From positions 163,124,001-163,188,000 of the forward strand of contig CM059425.1 of NCBI GenBank assembly GCA_030390025.1: DNA of 64,000 nt. The letters run 5' to 3'. Under the pieces are notes generated by a model, which saw only the letters and a list, made by a program, of their open reading frames with translations, was not told where the DNA came from and searched no databases. The translations under genes were made by a program, and so were the position numbers. Positions 1 to 12,400 of this stretch are shown here, piece by piece; position 1 is the first letter of the stretch, and the number at the start of each line of letters is the position of its first letter. This DNA comes from Squalus acanthias. Lineage: Eukaryota.

Positions 1-339
1 TCCTTCAGACATAGAGAAAAATAAACAATGGTTAAAATGAGTAATTTAACCTGTTTAAATTCCTGTCCCGTCCTCCCTCACTTCTAACAATTGTGAGGAG
101 CTCATGGATGACTATCAACATAGAGACCATCTATTCAGCTGCCTCTGCTGATTTCCTCCTTCCTCCCCCTCACCAGGGCACCCATGCTAGACCTGTACCT
201 CCTCCATTTCTCTCACATCTCCCTCTATGCCCTCTCTCAGCTTCACTCATCCATGAGACCCACCTCCCCATCTGCTTCCTTGACCCCTTTCTAATGAAAC
301 TGCTGACCACCCAGTGCTCAAATATATAGCGTATCTTAC

Positions 340-464
340 TCCGCAACAGCCTGGGAATTCTGGTTGATTCTCATGTAATAAAGTCCTCGTCTAAGCCAAG
401 CCCATTTGGTTGTCCCAGCACTCGACTGATCAGTCACTGTTCTCAGAACTGTAAGAGCAGTTTC
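340..464 (-). CDS. SKIC3: SKIC3 coding exon 15 ([30 protein letters not shown]...QAVA)
   Basis: ttttag|GAA ... GCGGA|gtaaga; 125 nt, phase 0-2. Confidence 0.95.
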
Positions 465-3400
465 CTAAAAGAAAAGAAAAATCAGTATGAAGTTTTCCAA
501 TTTTTTGCTAAAATAATAGAATCACTACCAGTAAGTGACTAGCCATGTAATAGACCTGTAATAGCAATAAACAGGAATCAGACAAAAACTTCTACTTCAA
601 TTCCACCATCTATCTCGATTTTCTCCCATTTAAGGCTCCCTAATATTGGCCTGGTGTCCTCCATCATTCAGACAAAAAGGAATAATCTAGGTTTCAGGCT
701 TTTTCAGTTATGATCAATGCCATTCTACAAATGTGTTGTGCGACTTCTCATTCTACAAATGGCCACTGTTCACAGTAAGCTTTACTACTTGTAAACTACC
801 ATACTGGGCTAACATGGCAGCGCAGCAAGTTAAAACAATGGCCCGTATTTTGCGGTCAGCGGCAAAGCAACAGCGCTCGCCGTTCACCTTGCTGACAGCC
901 GCCCACAAAGCTTTTGGGGGCTTTTGAGCAGAGGCTTGCTCTAATCCAGCACGGCACCCTCTACAGGACATCTGAGAGCTGGTCAAGCAACAGCAAGGTT
1001 CTTCAACAAATCAGATTGAAGAATCCTCATGGAGACAAGTAGAGTCTAAACCAGAAAGTATAAAGCAGGAAGTATGTATTAGATTTAAATCATGCACAGA
1101 AAGTGAAATAAAGATTGCGAAAGGAAGATGGGATTAAGAGAGAGAAAAGAGACAGAAAAAGTAAATAAATATTTTCTTTTAATATTTTTTAAATCTCCAA
1201 CACCAATTAACTTCTGAGGGAATGAGACTCCTCGCTTGTAAAATTAAGTTTTCAGAGCCAGAGAGGTTGTTGGGCAGTAATTATCACGCCATTAAAAATG
1301 CACTTACTCCTCAATGCACCAGCCCTAACTTTTTCTGTTGTTTAGTGGGTAACTACCCGAACTTCACGCCGTTGCATGTATTTCAATGCCGAGTCTATTG
1401 GCGAGGTTCTGTTGTAGCGCAGCCTGTGGAGGAGCAGGGTAACTTGGACCGCAACTTCCGGGTTTAACTGCGCATGTATGTACTACGGAAGTTGCTGTCT
1501 GATTTACTCCACAAGAACGGTGAGCACGGACAGCCTCACCATTATTATTAATGCAAAATCCGGGCTATTGTCCTTCACATTTGGTCTTGTTTTAAATCCA
1601 GTCCAATTAAAGGGGATAAGGCAAAGAGTCTTTCTGTAAAATTATTTTGGGTGTCTCAATCTAGTTTCTACAGAACAAAAACTACCAATAATTCACCACA
1701 TTGACAGTCCTGCACAGAGGCATCTAGGAGGAGCATGTAGAAAAATAAAAAGTATCGCACTGGTGCGCAAGGGAAAAGATCTAATGAAGTTTGGGGTTGC
1801 AGTAACATAGTCAGGGCTGTGTCATACAATCTTTACCCGTTATCCAATCAATGTTACAGTGACCTACAGAAAGAACTTGTTGCACTATGGGATTGTAGGA
1901 CATTAATCCAAAAATAGTGGATTACTGATATCAGCTGTGCCTTTACTGGAAGATGCTGAATGCACGCCAGGCTATTTTGCCACAATAGGGAAAGAAAGTA
2001 ACAGTTACCCTATAACATTCACATAGTTCCATGCAGCTGCAGAATGACAGAAGTGTGAAAGTAGCAAAGGGATACAATAAGGAAGGAGGAGGAAAAAGAA
2101 AAAGTAACTTTGACTATAGTTGCTTGTCATAACTCCTTTATGACCCTCCTTAAAACCCATCTCTGACTAAGCTTTTGATCACCCCTCCCAATATCTCCTC
2201 CTTTAGCTCAGCGTCCATTTTTTGACACTGTCCCTATGAAGCACTTTGGGATTTTTTTTCTATGTTAAAAATGCTATATAAATGCAAGTTTTGTTATTGA
2301 ATTAATCTAGATTGCCTATTTAATGTCAACACCTTTCTGACAAAACTAAACATACAAAAATTACAATACGGTTAAACATGGAAGTTTTAACAGTAAGAGC
2401 TCCCCTGGTTAATGCAACACATGTCTACAGACTAGGAAGGTGACCAGTTTAATCCCTGGGGTCTGCTGAGTTAGCTGATGTCAACCAGAATAGCAGTAGT
2501 GATATTAACCTCAGCCTCAGCCGATTTTATAAGGGGTTGGGGGGCAAAGGAGGAAAAAAAAAAAATCAGCCAAGGTTCATGTTCCTGATCACTATCCAGT
2601 GACCCAGCTGGAAGTGGACACGATGGGATCTCAGGTTAGGACAGGATCTCTCTCAGCTGTGATGCTCTCGTGTTGAACAGCTTGCTAATACTCACCATCT
2701 AAGGATAGTTATTTGAGAAAAAAAACCCTACCTTTATTAAAGTAGCATCTTATCATGTGTCTCAGGACATCCCAAAGCATTTCACAATTAATGCATTACT
2801 TTGGAGTGCAGTCACTGTTACTGTGCAGACACTTGAATCAGCATCAGACTAGATTAAAATAGCACTGTATACAATATCAAATTTTTTTTTAATGTTTAAA
2901 ACAAATTACATTGCATTATATAAAAATCTTACATTTACATGATGCTTTTCATACCCTTAAGAATTTCCAACTAATTTACTTTTTGAAATGTGGTCACTGC
3001 TGTGTGTAAATTGGCTGCTGCATTTACCTACAAAAACAAAGTCCCACAAATAGCAGTGAAATTATAACCAGTTAATCTGTGGTGTTGTTTGAGGAAGCAA
3101 TGTTTCCCAGGACACCATGAGATCTCCTCTGTTCTTGCAAAAGTGCATGGGAACTTTTACATCACCTGAACAGGCAGACAGGGTCTTTCTTTAACATCTC
3201 ATCCAAAAGACTGCATCTCTGACTCCCTCAGCACTACACTGAGGTGTCAGCCTAGACAATGTTCACAAGTCCTTGAGTGGCAAAAATGCTACTGCTAAGC
3301 CAAGCTGATAGTTATAGTCTGGAGTACTGTGATCAAAGAAACCAATTTACAATTCTAACTTTTAGTTTCAACCACAAATTCTTGAGCAGTGAAAAATATT

Positions 3401-6400
3401 CTGAAAAAATAAGGTAAGCATGATTAGTACCATATCTCCAAGTTCAACACTGAGATCAACTGCTGCTGCTCCTGCTTCTTCATCACTGTTGTTTAACTCA
3501 AAGGCTTTTTTGTAGCAGCCTCGGGCTCTGCTTTTATCTTGAACTATGTCTCGATAGTAGTGGCCTAAGTAGCAGAATGTTCTTCCATTGTATGTGTCCA
3601 ACTTGGCAGCCTGCAGTTGGTTAAAAAAAAGTTTATGATGACTAAGTCTGTATCCAAGTCAGAAGTGAAACTATCAACAGTTTGAAACAAAAACTTGGTT
3701 TACTTCTTTAAAATGGTAATTTTATTCAAGATTTTGAAGGTACGATTGGGTAATATTAAACACACTAACAGAGACTGAAGGATAAACCAGTTGATAAATG
3801 GATTGCAACTGTGTGTTTCGTTCATCCTCAATTTCCCTGTATAGTCCACTTGTTTGAATGTTATTACTTACATGAAATAGCCTGTCCATAGATCTGGGGA
3901 CGATTCTCTTCCCTGCATACAAGGCAGAGGAAAAAGGGCTGGGGAACTGGGATGCTGGGTCTTGCCCCCACCCCCCACCACCCCCTTTCTGTTGCATTAC
4001 ACTTCTGTATGATGATATTGAGGCAGGAATCACTTCACCAAACCTCCCATCTCATTTTCCTTGGTATCTACTTGGAGAATGTGGCAAGATGCATATCTTG
4101 CCGTTGCTACTTCTAGACTTGACTATTCCAACGCACTCCTGGCTGGCCTCTCACGTTCTACCCTACGTAAACTTGAGGTCATCCAAAACTCGGCTGCCTG
4201 TGTCCCAACACACACCAAGTCCCATTCATCCATCACCCCTGTGCTCGCTGACCTACATTGGCTCCCGGTTAAGCAACGCCTCAATTCCAAAATTCTCATC
4301 CTTGTTTTCAAATCCCTCCATGGCCTCGCCCCATCCTAGTTCTGTAACCTCCTCTGGCCCCACAACCTCACCTCCGCCCCAAGATATCTGCACTCTTGAG
4401 CATCCCTGATTATAATCACTCAATCATTGGTGGCCGTGCCTTCTGTTGCCAAGGCCCCTAGCTCTGGAATTCCCTCCCTAAACCTTTCCGCCTCTATCTC
4501 TTTTTCCTCCTTTAAGACACTTGTTAAAACCTACCTCTTTGACCAAGCTTTTGGTCATCTGCCCTAATTTCTCCTTATGTGGCTCGGTGTCAAATTTCTG
4601 TCTTGTAACACTCGTGAAGCGCCTTTGGGACATTTTACGACGTTAAAGGTGCTCTATAAATACAAGTTGTTGTTGTTGTATCTGTACATAACACCAAAAA
4701 CACTGTGCACAAGCAAGTTCTTGCAAAGAAATCCAAGCACCTCCAGGACAGAAGGAGAGAAAAGGGATTAAAAAAAAAATCAGAACTTAGTTGTGTTTAA
4801 AAAATCCTACCATTTTAATGTTTTAATTTACCTTTCTTTTTTCTCCTGGCTTCCACCATCCATATTGGAGGTGGAAACATTACTGATTGTAGCCAAAGTG
4901 GCAGGATCAAGGGGAACTTTAGTTTATGGGTTAGTATTAAAAATGGTAACGAATTGTCTGTTACAGTTCCTTTGAAATTTTTTTTTAAATGTTCTTATTC
5001 TTGGTCCTTACTTCTATATCAAGGTGCCCTTTTTTTTTTAAACGAAGATGGTCATGGCTTATTGATATGCCTACATGCATCCACAGAGGACTTCCAACTT
5101 ACTCAATTCATGTCAGGTAACTTACAGATGTTTGAGTGAAGTATAAAGCATTCTTAGCTAACAGAAAAGACATGGCATTGAATCACTCAAACTCATGATA
5201 GAAGCAAGAATGTAACTACAGCAAAAAGGGTAGGAAAGCAGATATTTGTTGGCGGTGAAATCAAAACGTCAGATTTCACATTTATACTGACGACTCAGCT
5301 CTACCTCACCACCATGCTTGATCCTGCCACTGTCTCCGATTTGTCACGCTGCTTGTCCAACATACAGTATTGGATGAACAGAAATTTACCAATTAAATAA
5401 AGCCATTGTCTTCGGTCCTCGTCACAAATTCCGTTCCCTAGCCACCAACTCCATCCCCCTCCCTGGTCACTGTCCGAGGCTGAACCGGACTGTTCGCATT
5501 CTTGCATCCTACTTGATTTGGAGCTCAGCTTCCGACCCCATGATCCTCTCAAACAAGATCGCCTACTTCCACCTCCGTAATATCGCCCCTGCCTCAGCCC
5601 ATGGAAATATGAAACACTCATCCATGCCTTTGTTACCTCCAGACTTGACTATTCCAACGCTTCCCTGGCCGGTCTCCCACTTTCCACCCTCCATAAACTT
5701 GAGCTCATCCAAAATTCTGCTTTCCATATCCTTGCTTGCACCAAGTCCTGTTTACCCATCACCCATGTGTTTGCTGGCTCAAAAAAAGGCAGGATTGGGT
5801 TTTAAATATTCCTGGATAGAAGGTGTTCAGGAATGATAGGGAAGGAAAGAAAGTTGGTGGGGTGGTAGTATTGGTTAAGGAGAATGTTACAGTGCTGAGA
5901 GAGAGGATGTCCTGGAGGGGTCCAGGAACAGAATCGATTTGGTTAGAGTTAAGAAATAATAGAGGTGCCATTACACTACTAGGTGTATTCTATAGGCCAC
6001 CAACTAGTGGGAAAGATATAGAGGAGCAAATTTGCAGGGAAATTACAGAGAGGTGCAAGAACTATAGAGTAGTAATAATGGGGGACTTCAATTATCCAAA
6101 TATAGACTGGGATAGTAATAGTGTAAAGGGCAGATATGGGGAAGAATTTCAGGAGAACTTTCTTGATCAGTACGTTTCGGCCCGACGAGGAAGGAGGCGT
6201 TGCTGGATCTGGTTCTGGGGAATGAGATGGGTCAAGGGGAGCAAGTGTCAGTAGGAGAACATTTAGGGAACAGTGATCATAGTATCATAAGGTTTAGATT
6301 AAGCTAGGGAAAAGGACAGGGAGCAATCTAGAGTAAAAATATTTAATCGGAGGAAGGCAAATTTCAGTGGGTTGAGAACGGATCTGGCCTGGGTAAATTG

Positions 6401-9400
6401 GAATCAAAGATTGGCAGGCAAAACTGTAATTGAACAATGGGCTGCCTTTAAAGAGATGGTTTGGGTATAGTCGAGGTACATTCCCATGAGGGGGAAAGGA
6501 AGAGCAACTAAAACCAGAGCTCCCTGGTGACGAAAGAGAGAGAGTAAGATGAAGCAGAAAAAGGGCGCGTATGACAGATGTCAGGTTGAGAGTACAAGTG
6601 AGAATCAGGCTGAATATAGAAAGTTCAGAGGGGAAGTGAAAAAGGAAATAAGAAGGGCAAAGAGAGAGTATAAGAATAGATTGGCAGCTAACATAAAAGG
6701 GAATTCAAAAGTCTTCTATTGGCATATAAATAATAAACGGGCAGTAAGAGGAGGGTTGGGTCCAATTAGGGACCAAAAAGGAGACCTACGCATGGAGGCA
6801 GAGGGCATGCCGGAGGTACTAAATGAGTACTTTGCATCTGTCTTCACCAAGGAAGAAGATACTGCCAAAGTCATAGTGAAAGGAGGTAGTGGAGATACTG
6901 GATGAGATAAAAATTGATAGAGGTGGTACTAGAAAGGCTATCTGAACTTAAAAGTTGATAAGTCACCAGGACCAGATGGGATGTATCCTAGGATAAGGAG
7001 GGAGGTTAAGGAGGAAATCGCAGAGGTACTCGCCATAATCTTCCAATTCTCCTTAGATACGGGGGTAGTGCCAGAGGACTGGTGAATTGCAAATGTTACA
7101 CCCTTGTTCAAAAAAGGATGCAAGGATAAACCCAGCAACTATAAGGCAGTCAGTATAACCTCGGTAGTGGGGAAGCTTTTGGAAATGATAATCAGGGACA
7201 AAGTTAACAGTCACTTGGACAAGTGTGGATTAATTAAGGAAAGCCAGCACGGAATTGTTAAAGGCAAATTGTGTTTAACTAACTTGATCGAGTTTTTTGA
7301 TGAGGTAACAGAGAGGGTTGATGAGGGCAATGCGGTTGACGTAGTGTATATGGACTTCCAAAAGGCATTTGATAAAGTGCCACATAATAGGCTTACCAGC
7401 AAAGTTGAAGCCCATGGAATAAAAGGGACAGTGGCAGCATGGATATGAAATTTGCTAAGTGACAGGAAACAGAGTAGTGGTGAACGGTTGTTTTTCCAGA
7501 CTGGAGGAAGGTATACAGTGGTGTCCCCCAGGGGTCAGTACGAGGACCACTGCTTTTCTTGGGACTTGGGAGTACAGGGCACAATTTCAAAATTTGCAGA
7601 TTACACTAAACTTGGAGGTATAATGAACAGTGAGGAGGATAGTGATAGACTTCAAGACAGACAGGCTGGTGAAATGGGCGGACACATGGCAGATGAAATT
7701 TAACGCAGAAAAGTGTGGAGTGATACATTTTGGTAGGAAGAACGAGGAGAGGCAATATAAACTAAAGGGTACAATCCTAAAGTGGGTGCATGAACAGAGA
7801 GACCTGGGGATATATGTGTACAAATCGTTGAAGATAGCAGGGCAGGTTGAGAAAGCGGTTATAAAAGCATATGGGATGCTGGGCTTCATAAATAGAGGCA
7901 TAGAGTACAAAAGCAAGGAAGTTATGAAGAACCTTTATAAAACACTGGTTCGGCCTCAACTGGAGTATTGTGACCAATTCTGGGCACCGCACTTTAGGAA
8001 GGATGTGAAGGCCTTAGAGAGGGTGCAGAAAAGATTTATGAGAATGGTTCCATGGATTAGGGACTTCAGTTATGTGGATAGACTGGAGAAGCTGGGGTTG
8101 TTCTCCTTAGAGCAGTGAAGGTTGAGAGGAGATTTCATAGAGGTATTCAAAATCATGAGGGGGCTAGAGAGAAACTGTTCCCATTTGCAGAAGGGTTGAG
8201 AACCAGAGGACACAGATTCAAGGTGATTTGCAAAAGAACCAAAGGCGACATGAGTAAAAACTTTTTTACGCAGCGAGTGGTTAGGATCTGGAACGCACTG
8301 CCTGAAAGGGTGGTGGAGGCAGACTCAATCATGGCTTCAAAAGGGAATTGGATAAGTACCCGAGGGGAAAAAATTTGCAGGGCTACGGGGAAAGGGCGGG
8401 GAGTGGGACTAGCTGAAGTGTTCTTGCAGAGAGCCGGCATGGGCTCGACAGGCCGAATGGCCTCTTTCTGTGCTGCAACCATTCTAGGATTCTATGCTGA
8501 CCTACATTGGCTCCTAGTCCTGCAACACCTTCATTTTAAAATTCTCGCCCTCGTGTTCAAATCCCTCCATGGCCTTGCCCCTCCGTATCTCTAATCACTT
8601 TCAGCCCTAGAACCCTCAGAGACCTCTGCACTACTCCAATTCTAGTCTCTTATACATCCCCGATTTCTATTGCTCCAGCATTGGTGATCGTGCTTTCAGC
8701 TGCATAGGCCCTAAGCTATGGCATTCTCTTCCTAAACCGCTGATACTCTACCCCTCTCTCCTCCTTTAAGTCACTCCTTAAAACCTACCTCTTTGACCAA
8801 GCTTTTGGTCACCTGTCCCAATATTTCTTTATGTGGCTCAGTGTCAAACTTCGTCTGCTAACACTCCTGTGAAGTGCCTTGGGACATTTTACTACGTTAA
8901 AAGCTCTATTTAAAAGCCAGTTGTTCTTGTTTTTGTTGAGTTACTTTGTTTAGGAATGTCTGCTTAGTGGGATGCGCAAGTGATCGGTGTTAGAACCCCT
9001 GCTGTTTTAATTTACATTCAAAACTTAGATTCAGAAGCTAATGCAAAACTAGTTAAATTCACAGATTATACTCTACTAGGAGTGGCAGTTGAATCCAAGG
9101 ATGCTGCTTGGAGAGTATAAAATGAGTTAGACAAAATGTTAGTGGGCAAATTAATGACAGATGAAATTTAATATGGACAAGTGTAAAAGTACAAAGAAAG
9201 CAAAAAAAGATGACAAAAGTACTCCATGAATGATGTTGAATTAGCTGTAGATGAAGTTGAAAGAGAATTGGAGATTTTAGTAGACTCAATGCTAAAAATG
9301 TCCAATCACTGTGGACCAGCGATCAATAAAGAAAATGAAATGTCGAACTATATAGCCAAGTCAGAGGAAGTCATACTGAAATTATATAGTGTTGTGGTCA

Positions 9401-12400
9401 GATCACACTTTGAATACCGTCTAGTTCTAGTCTTTGAGGCAGTTCAGAGAAGAGCCACACACTGAATTACTTCATACTAAACCAGGTTCAAACTAGCAAA
9501 AAGCAAATTTAGGACTGATGCCAGGAGGTTCTTCACACAAAAGATGATCAACAGATGCACTAGATCTCCAATAAGAGAGTCCAGCCACCTCTCCTTGACA
9601 TTCAACAGGATTACCATCACTGAATCCCCCATCAACATCCTGCGGGTCACCATTGATCAGAAACTTAACTGGACCAGCCACATAAATACTGTGGTTACAA
9701 GAGCAGGTCAGAGGCTGGGTATTCTGTGGCGAGTGACTCACTTCTGGACTCCCCAAAGCTTTTCCACCATCTGCAAGTCACAAGCCAGGAGTGTGATGGA
9801 ATACTCTCCACTTGCCTGGATGAGTGCAGCTCCAACAACACTCAAGAAGCTCGATACCATCCAGGACAAAGCAGCCCGTTTGATTGGCACCCCATCCACC
9901 ACCTTAAACATTCACTCCCTCCACCACCGGCGTACCGTGGCTGCAGTGTGTACCATCTACAAGATGCACTGCAGCAACTCACCGAGGCTTCTTCGACAGC
10001 ACCTCCCAAACCCATGACCTCTACCACCTAGAAGGACAAGGGCAGCAGGTGCATGGGAACACCACCACCTGCAAGTTCCCCTCCAAGTCACACACCATCC
10101 TGACTTGGAAATATATCGCCGTTCCTTCATCATCACTGGGCCAAAATCCTGGAACTCCCTCCCAAACAGCAGTGTGGGAGTACCTTCACCACATGGACTG
10201 CAGCGGTTCAAGACAGCGACCCACCACCACCTTCTCAAGGGCAATTAGGGATGGGCAATAAATGCTGGCCTTGCCAGCGACGCCCACATCCCATGAATGA
10301 ATAAAAATAAAGATTTCTGGGTAGGGTAGTGGAGACGAATTACTTAACGAGCAGCAGAATACCAAGATGGAGGGGACTGCAGAGTCTTCTTGGATGGAGG
10401 AGATAAGATGGATTAAAAGGCATTTCCTATCAGTGTCTATCTAGACACACATTAGGCGCTGGAGGAAGATCATTCAATGTGATTAGGTGTGTTCGTAATG
10501 GGTCAGGTACCCTGAAAATGTCCCTGTGGGATACCCTACATATTGTATTTAAAGAACACTACCGTTACACATTATCTATTCAGTACAGCATGGACTGAAA
10601 CACACAAGTATTTATTTGTAGAATTTGTACATTGTAAGAAAGATCATTGTGGTTTCACAAACCTTTAACAAATGTGTAGCAGTTTTAGTTTTGTCTTTTC
10701 TCATCTCTTCCCCCATGAACCAGTAAGTTATTCCAAGGTAGTAGTAATATTCTCCACAGTCTGCTTTTATTTTCACAGCTTTCCGGAAACTGTAGGGATA
10801 CATGTCAAAATGTTATGTTATTCGGCTTTATTTTTCCAAAGAGGAAATAATTAGGTTCATATAAAAAGGTGAGGACTTCAATGTTCCTTCCCATCACATG
10901 GCATTTTAAAACTCTGGGTAATTTTGGCACACAGTTAATTGCACGATTCTTTTAGTCACCAGATCAGACAGCAATTAAAGAGTAAACTAAGCATTTTGGA
11001 AGTGTTACCATGTCAGTGATTCAGCTTTACGATGAGCCAAAACAGTGATAAATCATTGCCGCATATTACTGCACAAGAGCAAATTTTATATCCATCATCT
11101 GAACCCTGAGATGCCTTGTCATCACTTCTAATTATGTTATTTTCAACTGTCTTTGGTAATTGTATGTATATGGCTATTATATATGAAAAATGGTAGGCAG
11201 CTCACAACATTCAACTTCAAAATCAATTGAAAACCCATTTATTAGCTATCTTTATGGCATTTTTACATTAAACATACCTGCGGGTGGTAGTGTGGCACGG
11301 GGTTTTTTGATGTTAAAGTTTTCGCTGATGTTAGCAACCACTAATTGTAGTAACTCCCTTGCAGCTGATACAGCAGCTGCTACTTTATATTGACCATGAT
11401 GCGGAGATGCCGGCGTTGGACTGGGGTGGACAAAAGTGAGAAGTCGCACAACACCAGGTTATAGTCCAACAGTTTTATTTGAAATCACAAGCTTTCGGAG
11501 CGGCTGCTCCTTCGTCAGGTGAAGTGAAGAAATACAAATGGGCACAGCATATATAGACAGAGAACAATGCCTGTGCAGAGAACAATGCCAGACGACTACA
11601 GTTAATCTTTCTGACTGCCCTTTATCACACCTCGGCAGAGAGACAATCACGGCAATCAACTCCAACCAGGAAGACATTACATCAAAGACGATAGCAGAAT
11701 ACAACAAAGACAATGAGGTGGGGTCACAGGGGGTCTAATGTGGCAGAGGCTGCAGTCTGTATGGAAAACCAAAAACTTGAAACTTTTTACTTTTTTTTTA
11801 CTGGAAATCACATCTGTGAACAAGCCAACGACGACTAGAGTCTGGATGACTCTACGTCAGGTGGGGTTACATGTAGCGTGACATGAACCCAAGATCCCGG
11901 TTGAGGCCATCCTCATGGGTGCGGAACTTGGCTATCAGTTTCTGCTCGATGATTTTGCGTTGTCGTGTGTCTCGAAGGCCGCCTTGGAGAACGCTTACCC
12001 GAAGATCCGAGGCTGAATGTCCTTGACTGCTGAAGTGTTCCCCGACTGGGAGGTAACACTCCTGCCTGGTGACTGTTGCGCGGTGTCCGTTCATACGTTG
12101 TCACAGTGTCTGCATGGTCTCGCCGATGTACCATGCTCCGGGGCATCCTTTCCTGCAACCTATGAGGTAGACAACGTTGGCCGAGTCACATGAGTATGTA
12201 CCTGGTGGGTAGTGTCCTCACGTGTGATGATGGTATCTGTGTTGATGATCTGGCATGTCTTGCAGAGGTTGCCGTGGCAGGGATGTGTGGTGTCGTGGTC
12301 GCTGTTCTCCTGAAAGCTGGGTAATTTGCTGCAAACGATGGTACTTTTGAGGTTAGGCGGCTGTTTGAAGGCGAGTAGTGGAGGCGTGGGGATGGCCTTA

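Noticed and set aside
1..40. Possible start of the next SKIC3 exon
   Set aside because: A pyrimidine tract is present on the minus strand, but no acceptor giving the expected D-L-Q-A continuation falls inside the window
11485..11522. Autoregulatory link between the intronic ribozyme and SKI-complex decay of cleaved RNA
   Set aside because: SKI acts mainly on cytoplasmic RNA while this is intronic, and the insertion looks recent; coincidence is sufficient
11538..11738. Duplicated 66-aa ORF (also 13061-13261) as a small gene pair
   Set aside because: Antisense frame of the pseudo-LTR, duplicated by the inversion; not preserved in the related 62-kb arms
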